Part shown: piece by piece, positions 18,175 through 27,534 of the stretch
Numbering within the stretch: the first letter of the stretch is position 1
Layout of the letters: the number at the start of each line of letters is the position of its first letter
Assembly (NCBI GenBank): GCA_963674705.1
Contig: OY771506.1
Span: 4,512,001-4,576,000 of the forward strand
Direction: 5' to 3'
DNA length: 64,000 nt
From: Phycisphaeraceae bacterium
GTDB taxonomy: Bacteria > Planctomycetota > Phycisphaerae > Phycisphaerales > Phycisphaeraceae
The notes under the pieces: model-generated
The model's database searches: none
The model's input: only the letters and a program-made list of their open reading frames with translations
What the model was told of the DNA's origin: nothing
Program-made: the position numbers and the translations under genes

Positions 18175-20471
18175 GGTGTTTGCCTTTCATCATGTGCGGC
18201 AAATCGTTTCCATCCAAGACATTCACCATCGGGCGATTCCCAGACGATAAGGATTGCTGTTAACGCCGGGTCGATCAGATTCGGTTCAAACGCATACTTC
18301 CGCCCTTCCCACTGGCGGATCATACTGAGTTGCCTGCGTTGAAGTTTATCGAGGTCCTTGCGTGTGACGATCCATTCGTTCGGTTCGGCGTTATCAGCAG
18401 TCGCAGCGTTTAACGGCAAGCTGATGGTTGTGCCGTCGCGCACCATCCAGTCGTGGAACATCGCTTTGGATTCACAGGGCCAGAATACGAGTTGTTCGAG
18501 AAGCCAGAGGCGCAGTTGTCCTTCGTGCGGCGTCGTGGTGTCGTTCGAGCGGAGCGTGACGCGGTATTGCTCTGCGGACGGTTCAAAGTGTACTTCCAGC
18601 CAGTCAAGTTCTGACGGGCCCGGCTCGCCCTGCATTGACACGACCGCTTCGACCAGCGCATCAAGCCAGACGTCGGCCCGGACATCCATCGGGATATCAA
18701 CGACCTGACCATTGATTGCGACGGCGGGTGTCTGGCTGATGGACAGTTCCTTTTCGCGATCGGTCGTGACCTTGCGTGCGAACGGATCATTGATGTGATG
18801 CGTGACAAGGCCGAACTGCGGGAACATCTGCGCCGATGCGGCCCAACCGCGAAGCACCTGCTCGGAAACAGGATTGTCTGCTTCAACGAACAGCTCGATC
18901 AGCGGGCGCGTGGTCTCGCTGAGGCTTTCAGCGGAAGGCGGGCGGCGCGTGAGGGCATCGATCTGGCCTTCAAGCAGCATCTGCATCTGTAGTGTGGAGA
19001 ACTTTGCTCGTAACTGCGGATCGTTTGATAAACGTCCCAGGCCACGCAGCGCACCGATCGGCGGCGTGTCGGCCAGGGCGCTTTGGGCGTAGCGCGACCA
19101 TGCACGCAAAGGCTGGTCGGTCACTTCGTACAACCGCCCGAGCCAGAAGTTGATGTAAGGATCGGAAGGCAGGCCGAAACGGGCCGCGATCAGACCTCGC
19201 CGGGCCTCTTCGTAATCGCCTCGGATCAATGCGATCAGGCCCCGGCGTGCGGCGATCTGGTGGACGGCGACGCTGTCCAGGTCCTTGTCGGCGGTCTTCT
19301 CAGCAACATCCAGCGCGGCCTCGGCGGCGTCGTATGCTAAGGGCGTGTCATCCTCGCGGGAGATCGCGTCGTCGGCGACACGCACCAGCGCCATCGCGCT
19401 GCGCTGCTCGGGGATACTATTTAAGAGTAATTCAAACGCACGGCGGGACGCTTCGATATCCAAAGGCCTCTGGTCCAGCCGCATGCGTACGAGTGTTTCG
19501 CACGCGGTGGCGATTTGCGATTGAGGCAAGCCTTCACGGATCACGGCTTCGACCGCGTCAGCGTCGGCGTTCGCTCTTGCCCGCAAATAAGCCCGCACCA
19601 CCGACGACACTTCCGGCTCAACGAGCGGTGTCAAAACCAGACGCTGGTTTGGGATGTCGATCACGACGCGCATCTTCTGCATCAGGTCGGCGCCGAGGTT
19701 GATGTCGGGCCGGGGCTCGGGCAGTTCACTGAAGTCGCTGGGTTCGAGGATTGTGTAGTCGGCGAGGTTGATGCCGCCGACGACAGCGGTGGGAAGGTCG
19801 CCGCTTGGGAAGCCGAGCGCATCGGCGGTGTCGCTGTTGATGCGTGTGGTTCGTTCGCCGCTGGCAAGGCGGACACGCAGGGGTTTACCGTTGGGCCCCA
19901 CCGCATCGATCCAGTAGCCGTAGCCTTGGGCTTCAAAGGGGATGATCTCGGAGGTGTCGGGCTCTTCGGCGGCCTGGGTGAAGACGTTTTCTTCCTGGCC
20001 GAACACGACTTCGCCGGCGGCGAGGTTCAGCGTCATGACACCGTGGAAAGCGGGCAAGCCCAGGACGACCGCGGCGGGGATTTCACCAAGGGCTTCAGCG
20101 TTCATCGCGCTGAATTGCTCGATGGGTTCGATCTCGACGGCTACGACATCGAGCGTGGGCCAGACGAGGCCTTGATCGGTAAACGCGATCCGCAGTTTGC
20201 CTTCGTTATGGATACCGAGAGCGGCGGCGGTGCGCGGGTGGACCAGCGCGGGGGCCCGTACGCCGATGTCGAGTACGGCATGGCTGGGCAGAGTGACCTC
20301 GCCGCCGGTCAGGTCGATGCGGACGCACGACAGGCCGTCGATCGTATTCATTTTCAGCGTATCTGCGTGGACTATATTGATCAGGCACAGAATCAACATG
20401 ACAGGCAGCACCTGACATAGCAGAAGCGGCCGCACGCAGCAGGTGAAAGATTCGACAAGCCTATGATACAT
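18171..20471 (-). CDS. Secreted multidomain protein: two retropepsin-like domains, TPR, and an Omp28/DUF1223-like thioredoxin fold; catalytic motifs degenerate
   Basis: VLDIG..ALG..VVLG; LASGE..ADALG..NLGADLMQKMRVVID; LIELFVEADNPVS..HH.NDPF..QTPAVAING..HDWMVRD. Start uncertain (20399-20540). Confidence 0.65.
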   Translation of the reverse strand: MYHRLVESFTCCVRPLLLCQVLPVMLILCLINIVHADTLKMNTIDGLSCVRIDLTGGEVTLPSHAVLDIGVRAPALVHPRTAAALGIHNEGKLRIAFTDQGLVWPTLDVVAVEIEPIEQFSAMNAEALGEIPAAVVLGLPAFHGVMTLNLAAGEVVFGQEENVFTQAAEEPDTSEIIPFEAQGYGYWIDAVGPNGKPLRVRLASGERTTRINSDTADALGFPSGDLPTAVVGGINLADYTILEPSDFSELPEPRPDINLGADLMQKMRVVIDIPNQRLVLTPLVEPEVSSVVRAYLRARANADADAVEAVIREGLPQSQIATACETLVRMRLDQRPLDIEASRRAFELLLNSIPEQRSAMALVRVADDAISREDDTPLAYDAAEAALDVAEKTADKDLDSVAVHQIAARRGLIALIRGDYEEARRGLIAARFGLPSDPYINFWLGRLYEVTDQPLRAWSRYAQSALADTPPIGALRGLGRLSNDPQLRAKFSTLQMQMLLEGQIDALTRRPPSAESLSETTRPLIELFVEADNPVSEQVLRGWAASAQMFPQFGLVTHHINDPFARKVTTDREKELSISQTPAVAINGQVVDIPMDVRADVWLDALVEAVVSMQGEPGPSELDWLEVHFEPSAEQYRVTLRSNDTTTPHEGQLRLWLLEQLVFWPCESKAMFHDWMVRDGTTISLPLNAATADNAEPNEWIVTRKDLDKLQRRQLSMIRQWEGRKYAFEPNLIDPALTAILIVWESPDGECLGWKRFAAHDERQTP

Positions 20472-20721
20472 ATGGGTAAAACACGCTTGTGACTTATTGA
20501 AAGTCAGGCTGGGTGAGCAAACGTCGGATTCCGGTGTCAACCACAGAAAACGCCTGCTCTCATGGTTGCTATGTCATTGTATTCAACCATCTTAAAATGG
20601 TCCAACCACCACATTGGGGCGCTATATATAAGGATAGGTCCCCAATCAATCGGATCGGGTGGGGTTTCAGGCAAGATGGGTATGCCTGGTGATAAACAAG
20701 ATGCCGTTTTGCTGCTGCGGA

Positions 20722-21975
20722 TTATTGCGAGGCGGCGTTGTTGAGCCGTGACGGCTTGGCTTGAGTTGTCAGCCGTAACCTGACGATGGATGCGAGCCCG
20801 CCGGCGGCGGTTTCACGGTACTTGGCTTGCAGGTCGTGGCCGGTATCGTTCATCACATCGATCACTTCATCGAGTTTGACGATGTGCTGACCGTCGGTGG
20901 CGATGGCGTAGGTGGCGCAATCCATGGCGCGCATTGCGGCAAAGGCATTGCGTTCGATGCAGGGCACTTGTACCAATCCCAGTACGGGGTCGCAGGTCAG
21001 GCCGAGGAAGTGTTCAAGGCCCATCTCGGCGGCGTATTCGATCTGGCCGTTGGCTGCACCAAGTAGAAAGGCGGCGGCGGCGGAAGCCATGCAGCAGGCG
21101 GCCCCCACTTCTCCCTGGCAGCCGACTTCGGCACCACTGATCGACGCCCTGTGCTCGATGACCGCCCCGATCATGCCTGCGATGGCAAGCGCTCTACCTA
21201 TTGACTGCTGTGACGCGTTGCGATTTTTCTGGAAGTGGTAGAGCACGCCGGGCAAGATGCCGGAGGAACCGCAGGTAGGCGCGGTGACAATCCTGCCACC
21301 TGAAGCGTTTTCTTCTGAGACTGCAAGCGCGTAGCTGCTGATCAGTTTGCGATCATCTTCATCGTGTTCAAGAGCCTTGCTGTGCATTGATCGGGCTCGC
21401 CGCTTGAGCTTCAACTCGCCGGGCAAGGTTTGCTGATCGCTGGCGATGCCTCGCTCTACAGCTTGTCGCATGGTTTGCCAGACATTTTTGAGATGCGTCC
21501 AGGCGTCGGGTGAGTCGTGTGCGTCGAGATATGCCCAGAGAGGTTTACCGGTTTGATCTGAGAAATCCAGTACATCCTGGAAAGACGTGGCTGGATAGAG
21601 CGGATCATCCGTGTGTTGTATGGGCCCGGATTCGTCGCGTAACTGCCCGCCGCCGATACTGTAGACCCGCCATCTGTCCAGCAGCTCGCCGCTGCGGTCC
21701 CTGGCTTCGAGGTCCATGCCGTTGGGGTGCAGGGACAGATGTTTGTCCGGCCGCCAAAGGATTTCTGTGCAGATGGGGTGCGTTGATTGCAGGATCGCCT
21801 TGTCGGTCAGGTGCCCCCGGCCGGTCAGCGCCAGGCCGTCATATAGCGTGACCACGAGCGAAGCCGGTGGGTGGTCGAAGCGTTGCAGGAATAATCGACA
21901 GGCAAGCGCGGGGCCCATGGTGTGAGAGCTGGATGGCCCTAACCCGATTTTATAGACGGAACGTACGGAGAGCAC
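20722..21975 (-). CDS. sdaA: L-serine ammonia-lyase, Fe-S dependent, single chain
   Basis: YKIGLGPSSSHTMGP, HPNGM, YSIGGG, VTAPTCGSSG, SISGAEVGCQGEVG, LGLTCDPVLGLVQVPCIERNA, KYRETAAGGLA. Confidence 0.95.
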   Translation of the reverse strand: MLSVRSVYKIGLGPSSSHTMGPALACRLFLQRFDHPPASLVVTLYDGLALTGRGHLTDKAILQSTHPICTEILWRPDKHLSLHPNGMDLEARDRSGELLDRWRVYSIGGGQLRDESGPIQHTDDPLYPATSFQDVLDFSDQTGKPLWAYLDAHDSPDAWTHLKNVWQTMRQAVERGIASDQQTLPGELKLKRRARSMHSKALEHDEDDRKLISSYALAVSEENASGGRIVTAPTCGSSGILPGVLYHFQKNRNASQQSIGRALAIAGMIGAVIEHRASISGAEVGCQGEVGAACCMASAAAAFLLGAANGQIEYAAEMGLEHFLGLTCDPVLGLVQVPCIERNAFAAMRAMDCATYAIATDGQHIVKLDEVIDVMNDTGHDLQAKYRETAAGGLASIVRLRLTTQAKPSRLNNAASQ

Positions 21976-22045
21976 TGAGCACCTCTGTGACTTTGTATAC
22001 CCAGATTATCGCGAGATGTAGCTGACACCGCTACATGTCAAGGAT

Positions 22046-22081
22046 AAGAAAACGGACACACACAATGAAGCATGTGTCCGT
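22046..22081 (-). terminator. Putative intrinsic terminator
   Basis: ACGGACACA-N12-TGTGTCCGT stem followed by a T-run on the minus strand, ~40 nt after the stop at 22120. Confidence 0.55.
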
Positions 22082-22119
22082 AAAGTGAAGTTAAAAGGAT
22101 TGATTATGCCGGTAGATCA

Positions 22120-23457
22120 TCATCGGCTGCGACGCAGGAGCACACCCCACCCCAGGCCCAACAGAGCGATGGAAGCCGGTTCGGGGATCACGCCGGCACT
22201 GGAGGGCGTGCCGGAATTCCAGTTATTCAAGACGATGTCCAGGTCATCCAGGCCGACGAAGCCGTCGCCGGAAGGATCGCCCTGAAGCAGTTCGCCGGCC
22301 GGAACGGTGGTGTTCCAGCGGGTGAGGATGATGTCCAGGTCATCCAGGCCGACGAAGCCGTCGCCGTCAAGGTCACCTGGTATCACGATCGCGCCGGAGA
22401 TCAGTTCGATTTTGACGTTGTCGATGACGCTGTCGTAGTTACCGGTGGTATTTGCGAGTATCAGGTAATCGAAGCCGTCGACTTGGGGGGCGTTGTGATA
22501 AGCATACGGGTCTTCATCGAGAGCGTCGGTGTCGCCAAAGGATTCGAGCAGCGTACCGTTGCTGTCGTAGAGTTCCATTGTGTAGAAGATGTTGTCGCCG
22601 TCGGCGTTGACGACATCCACGCGTTCGAGGATGAGTTTGACGGTGTACTTGTCGGTCGTGGAGATGAGCGGCCAGGTGTCTGCGATGCCGTCTTCATCGG
22701 CATCAGTGGGCTGGGCGACGAAGTCCATATCGTTGCCACCGAGGACGCGGCCTTCGGTGCCGCCTTCCTGCGCGATTCGGATGTTCTGAAGCAGCGAATC
22801 ACCGACCGCTGAATTAGGCGACATGGTCAAACCAAGACGACACATGACACCGACGTCGTCACCGGCATTACCGTATGGCACCTCATCACCATCGAACAGG
22901 CCGTCGTCATTGCCCCAGGGATTATCACCGCCGCCGATGCGATCGAGTTCGTTATCCGTGTCTTCGTAAAGCCCGAATCGCAACTCACCGGCGAAGGGGA
23001 AAGAGTCCGGCGCGGTTGCCGTGGTTGGCGAACCGTCACCGGAGGCCCAGACGCGCCAGTCGAAGGACAGTTCGAGCTTATCGCCGACGTTGCTGCCTAA
23101 AGAGATGGTTTCGGGGAAGATACCGACGTATTCACTGCCGATGCCGACGGCTTCTACAAACATGGCGTTGCCCGAGTCGAGGCCCGCACCGGAGGTCGGC
23201 GTGTCGTCCATGATTGTCAGTTCAGGCTTGTTGCGTGGCAATTCGCCGGGTGTTGTGGGTGTGGTCTGGCCGTTGGCAGAGAACCAGTTGATATCCAGTG
23301 GATCGGCTACAGTGTCTGCGCGGTCGCCGTCGTCGAAAGTGTCATACACGACGACCTCGGCACCGGCTTGCACGCCGATCGTCATCGCACCGCCCAAGCA
23401 TAACCCCATGATAATCCGCCGCCAGGTGCTACCGTTTTGAGGCTGACTTCCAATCAT
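22120..23457 (-). CDS. PEP-CTERM protein with dockerin-like module
   Basis: Signal peptide, acidic beta-rich domain, GDLDGDGFVGLDDLDII x2, IPEPASIALLGLGWGVLLRRSR. Confidence 0.9.
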   Translation of the reverse strand: MIGSQPQNGSTWRRIIMGLCLGGAMTIGVQAGAEVVVYDTFDDGDRADTVADPLDINWFSANGQTTPTTPGELPRNKPELTIMDDTPTSGAGLDSGNAMFVEAVGIGSEYVGIFPETISLGSNVGDKLELSFDWRVWASGDGSPTTATAPDSFPFAGELRFGLYEDTDNELDRIGGGDNPWGNDDGLFDGDEVPYGNAGDDVGVMCRLGLTMSPNSAVGDSLLQNIRIAQEGGTEGRVLGGNDMDFVAQPTDADEDGIADTWPLISTTDKYTVKLILERVDVVNADGDNIFYTMELYDSNGTLLESFGDTDALDEDPYAYHNAPQVDGFDYLILANTTGNYDSVIDNVKIELISGAIVIPGDLDGDGFVGLDDLDIILTRWNTTVPAGELLQGDPSGDGFVGLDDLDIVLNNWNSGTPSSAGVIPEPASIALLGLGWGVLLRRSR

Positions 23458-23657
23458 GTTCAGTATTCCTTTGGTTGTGTCGGTTTGCGTCCTATGCGTT
23501 GGGCCTACCGACGAATTACTAATTGCATTCCATTTTGACTCGGGTCGAATCCGCTTTGGAATCGGGCCGGACCCGTTACGTTTTTTTAATGGATGGGGCT
23601 GGTGGTTCCAACCCCACCCGTAGATGGAGGAATCAATACGCTTGCGCTGACACTTAC

Positions 23658-24626
23658 TTAGCGACGACGCAGAACGGCCAGGCCACCGAGTCCCATCAGG
23701 GCCAGCGAAGCCGGTTCCGGTGTGATGGCGATGTTCAGGTTATCGACGAAGTACTCGGCCTGCTTGGTGTTGTTAAAGGCCAGGTAGTTCCACTCAAAGG
23801 TGGATTGAGCCAGACCTTCGCCAACAGGCTCGAAGCCGCTGAGGTTGCCCACGCCGTCGACGTAGCAACTGATGCGGGTACCTTCCGTACTTACGCCTTC
23901 AACATCTTCGCAGGTGTGTGTGACGACCAGAGTAATCGTGTGCTTGAGCGAATCGGTGATCGCCGGGAGCGTGCCCCCCGCGGAAGATGGAACGATCGAG
24001 TCGGTGTCGCTGCCGCCGAGGATCGTGTCGATGTTGAACTCTTCGATGATGGTGGGGGTCGAGGTCGAGGTGCCTACGTTCACGCGGATCTGGAAGCCGG
24101 TGTCACCTTGTGCGCCGGGATAGCTGCCATCGAAGTTGCCTTCTTCATAGCCGAATTCACCCGGGCCGGCAGTGTTGAAGTACGATTCGTCCGCCATGAA
24201 GATGCCCCATCGCAATTGCGCGGCGTTGCTCAGCGCATCGGTGCCTTCTTCGTAGCGGATGTCGTAGCTGATGGTCATGGTTTCGTCGAGGCCGAGTGAA
24301 ATCGTCTGGCCCAACGGTGCGTACATTTCGAAGTTCGATCCGGCCTGGTCGACGTACAGCGCGTTGCCGCTGCCGATGCCTGCCGAGTCGTCGACGACGG
24401 TGAACGCGGGGTTCGGCGTCCCGTCAGACAGGGCTTCCATCGCCAGCCACTTAATACCGACATCCCCGGCATCGGAGACGGCCGAGCCATCAACCACGCC
24501 ATCGTTGTTGCGGTCCGCATCGCCTAGGCCGTCGGTGACAACCACGGGTGTGCCATACGCAAAACCCGCAGCCAGCGCCAGCGCTGCCGCCGATGTAAAC
24601 CACTGTGAATACCTTCGCTCTGCCAT
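23658..24626 (-). CDS. PEP-CTERM protein without dockerin module; paralogous domain to 22120-23457
   Basis: GAGGAG RBS, signal peptide, TPEPASLALMGLGGLAVLRRR. Shared motifs D.DR, SGNA.(F/Y)V, TISLG, LR(W/F)G. Confidence 0.88.
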   Translation of the reverse strand: MAERRYSQWFTSAAALALAAGFAYGTPVVVTDGLGDADRNNDGVVDGSAVSDAGDVGIKWLAMEALSDGTPNPAFTVVDDSAGIGSGNALYVDQAGSNFEMYAPLGQTISLGLDETMTISYDIRYEEGTDALSNAAQLRWGIFMADESYFNTAGPGEFGYEEGNFDGSYPGAQGDTGFQIRVNVGTSTSTPTIIEEFNIDTILGGSDTDSIVPSSAGGTLPAITDSLKHTITLVVTHTCEDVEGVSTEGTRISCYVDGVGNLSGFEPVGEGLAQSTFEWNYLAFNNTKQAEYFVDNLNIAITPEPASLALMGLGGLAVLRRR

Positions 24627-24955
24627 GTGTTCTCTCCTCTCAGAAAACGTAGAAGTGATGTATCCGAATGCTTGCCTCCGTCGTGATTGGGTCGGGATCA
24701 TATGAAGGACATACCCTAAGTCCGGACCCTCATCACACTGGATACAGGATACAGCATTTAATTTTGTAAACCATTATAAATGCCTACGTTGCGCAAAATC
24801 GGCAGGGCTCTGCGCTTTCCACGTGGTTCTGATCGTAAAAGTATGCCCCGGATACGCATTCCGGGGTATTGATGTGTTAGATTTCCGTTAACGGAGGTTG
24901 GTTCACTCCGGAAAGTGGAAAACCTGTAACGATTATGACGGTCGGTTGAAAGCAG

Positions 24956-25966
24956 TTATGCCTTGAGCCGACCAAGCCCGACACGCCAGACACCGCCCCG
25001 CTTCAAGTGCTTGACGATCGCCCGCTCGAGCGTGGTCCGTTGCGGCGCCTGTGTGATGTCCTGGTACACCTGCCCGAAGACGAAGCTCTGCACTTCATCG
25101 GAATCCCGCTCGAATCCGAGCAATTCAAACCGCTTCAAAAAGCGGCAGATATTGCTATCCGCCGGCAGGTATTCAGCCAGTTGCGGGTCCATCAACCACG
25201 ACCGGCACAGCATCGCTTGAGTCCGATGTTCCGGAAAGTGAACGGGGAAAAAGGATATGGCTTGTGAGATAGATGTCTCGCAAGCTTCAGGGACTAATGG
25301 TCCTGATCTTGGGATGTGAATCCAGAGCACCGGGCTTTCAAGCGTTAATCCAAGCCGCCTGATGCAGGCACGATCCGACTTGAGTTCATCGCGTTCAGCT
25401 TCGTCCAGCTTCGTAGCAACTCGGCTCATCTCGAATTGCAGCCTGCCGAGCGCCACGATCCTGTGCGTCAGGTGATGAGTCAGCCAGCGCATCCGCATCA
25501 CGCCGGGACACCCCAGGTTTTCAAGGCATCTATTGAACGCTCGGTGAACGTCCCGCAACGTGTCTCGGATGATCGTATCGCTGATGCCGCGCAATGTGTA
25601 GATCTCGCAGAATCGGCGGATACCGGACAGCACGAGCAGGCCGTAGGTGTAGGCGAGTTGTGGCTCCGTTGCTGCGGGCCATTGTTCCATGTCAGGTACG
25701 GTCCAGCCGCCGGGATCGATCAGGCCACGGTGCCAGTGCCATAACAGAGCGGTTGTATCGGGATGGCTGCGCAGCTTCTGAGCGTGCTTAGTCAGTTGCC
25801 TGATCCAGTCATCTTCCAGTGCAGCCATTCGGCCCGCCCATTTGATCTCAGTCGGATCGAACAGGCGCAACGCTTTGTCGGACATAGAGGCGCGCGATGC
25901 ATCTAATCCCTGTTGCCAGAACATACAGCGAGATGGACTTAACGGGCTGGGCGATGAATCAGCCAT
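24956..25966 (-). CDS. GlmA-like N-acyltransferase (NAT_N/GNAT_C type)
   Basis: LGRLQFE, IHIPRSGPL, FFPVHFPE, CRSWLMDPQL..YLP.DSNI.RF, TTLERAI. Start moved to ATG 25966. Confidence 0.75.
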   Translation of the reverse strand: MADSSPSPLSPSRCMFWQQGLDASRASMSDKALRLFDPTEIKWAGRMAALEDDWIRQLTKHAQKLRSHPDTTALLWHWHRGLIDPGGWTVPDMEQWPAATEPQLAYTYGLLVLSGIRRFCEIYTLRGISDTIIRDTLRDVHRAFNRCLENLGCPGVMRMRWLTHHLTHRIVALGRLQFEMSRVATKLDEAERDELKSDRACIRRLGLTLESPVLWIHIPRSGPLVPEACETSISQAISFFPVHFPEHRTQAMLCRSWLMDPQLAEYLPADSNICRFLKRFELLGFERDSDEVQSFVFGQVYQDITQAPQRTTLERAIVKHLKRGGVWRVGLGRLKA

Positions 25967-26003
25967 GACAGGTGTACAAAATAAGTTCAAGTCAAACGGT
26001 GGA

Positions 26004-27533
26004 TCAAGACTTGGGTTTGTGCAGGTGCGATTCGTTGACGAAGTCGTGTCCGCGGAATGTCCCGGCGGCTTCGGCGCTTGGGCTGACGGGCTTGCCGTGG
26101 TCGGGCCCCCACTGATAGAACCCGCGGAACACCACCGGCCCGCGGTCGCGTTGTAGCGCCTCGGGACGGGCGTCTGAAAACTGCGCCTGCCATGTGTGCA
26201 TAATGGGATATATGAAACGATCGCAGGATTCCTGGTCGTCGTTTTCGCCGGCGATGGTGGGCGGGATTGGGTTCCAGAGGTATTGCGCCCCTGCAAAGTA
26301 GGTAATGAAAAGCCGATCCCAATCGTTCCAACCCCACATGCAGACCGTCGCACCACGCAGATCTGTGCAGTCATTTACGTGCTGACAGAAGTAACGTGTG
26401 GCCAGGTATGCGCCGCGATACTGCGCCAGGCTCTGGCCCACGGACATCATCCAAGGCCCTGCGCCGCTTCGGCCGTAACGTTCGATCGCACGATCAATCT
26501 GTTCGCGGTTGGCGATCCAGTATTGCCAGGGATGCACGACCACTTCCTTGCGGATCGAGTCGGGCACGGTTCGCCCGGCATGGTCCGCGTGGATTTCCAT
26601 CGTCAGGTCTTTGCCATACTTTTGGGCTGCTTGCTGAACGATTTTGTAATACCGGTCCAGCAAGTCGGCAGGCGCGTACCCTTCAGGCATATCCGGGGCG
26701 GTAAACCAGTTCGCTTCATCGAATCCCAGATGAACGGATGCTTTGTTCGCTGACACCGAGGCAATCTGGTCCACCAACTGTTGCATCAATGAGATCGATT
26801 GCTCACCAACCAGGAAACTCGAACCGGCAAACATGCCGGGACCGCCGCGCAGGTCTGGGCGATGGTAGGTGATTGCGCCGACGTGTCCCCAGCCTTCAAG
26901 CTCGGGCATGATCTCGATGTGATGCTCGGTCGCGTAGCGTACGAGTTCGCCCAGTTCGTCGAGTGTGATGGCGTAGGGATTATCGTGGCCGAAGGGCAAA
27001 TCTACGAACTTCAGGCCGCATAACTCATCATCGTAAAGCCGAAGGTGCAGGCGGTTGTAACGCAGGTTGTGAAAGACACGCACCAAGCGTTTGAGCATGG
27101 GCAGCCCGGCGATCGATCGGCCCAGGTCGACCATCGCTGCTCGCACGGGTAACGCAGGTTCGTCTTCGATCGTGACCGAGGGCCAATGTGTTCGATTGCG
27201 GAAGGTGTACATGATCTGCAACAAGGTGCTACAGCCATAAGAAAGTCCGGCGCGATCCGCGGCTATCAATTCGAACCGCCCGGATTGGAGTGTTAAACGA
27301 TAACCTTCCCGGACACAGGCGTTTGGATCGATACGCAGATTCAGCTCGGTATCTGATGGTTCATCCTGAACTACTGTGATGGACGAGTCAGTAGAGATCG
27401 AAGTGATAAAGCTATCGGCCGGGGATTCACCGGTGATGCGCAGTGATTGTGGGGCAGGAAGTGCTGCACCATCCTGTACGATGCTTTTGGGATAAGGCCA
27501 GAGCCAGACAAACGGATCACTCGACTCAGACAT
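26004..27533 (-). CDS. GH20-family beta-N-acetylhexosaminidase-like hydrolase, no signal peptide
   Basis: LWPYPK, EGYRL, IEDEPALPVRAAMVDLGR, IEIMPELEGWGH, catalytic HLGFDEA. Confidence 0.85.
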   Translation of the reverse strand: MSESSDPFVWLWPYPKSIVQDGAALPAPQSLRITGESPADSFITSISTDSSITVVQDEPSDTELNLRIDPNACVREGYRLTLQSGRFELIAADRAGLSYGCSTLLQIMYTFRNRTHWPSVTIEDEPALPVRAAMVDLGRSIAGLPMLKRLVRVFHNLRYNRLHLRLYDDELCGLKFVDLPFGHDNPYAITLDELGELVRYATEHHIEIMPELEGWGHVGAITYHRPDLRGGPGMFAGSSFLVGEQSISLMQQLVDQIASVSANKASVHLGFDEANWFTAPDMPEGYAPADLLDRYYKIVQQAAQKYGKDLTMEIHADHAGRTVPDSIRKEVVVHPWQYWIANREQIDRAIERYGRSGAGPWMMSVGQSLAQYRGAYLATRYFCQHVNDCTDLRGATVCMWGWNDWDRLFITYFAGAQYLWNPIPPTIAGENDDQESCDRFIYPIMHTWQAQFSDARPEALQRDRGPVVFRGFYQWGPDHGKPVSPSAEAAGTFRGHDFVNESHLHKPKS

Positions 27534-27534
27534 A

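Noticed and set aside
20722..21975. Functional link between sdaA and the MoxR operon
   Set aside because: It is separated by an intergenic gap of about 180-320 bp (depending on the downstream start), and nothing beyond adjacency supports a link.
25967..26374. Long N-terminal extensions from the ORF track (also 27534-27668, 43867-44151, 46329-46544, 46825-46956)
   Set aside because: They overlap neighbouring genes or promoters. Downstream ATGs fit the family starts and RBS positions better.
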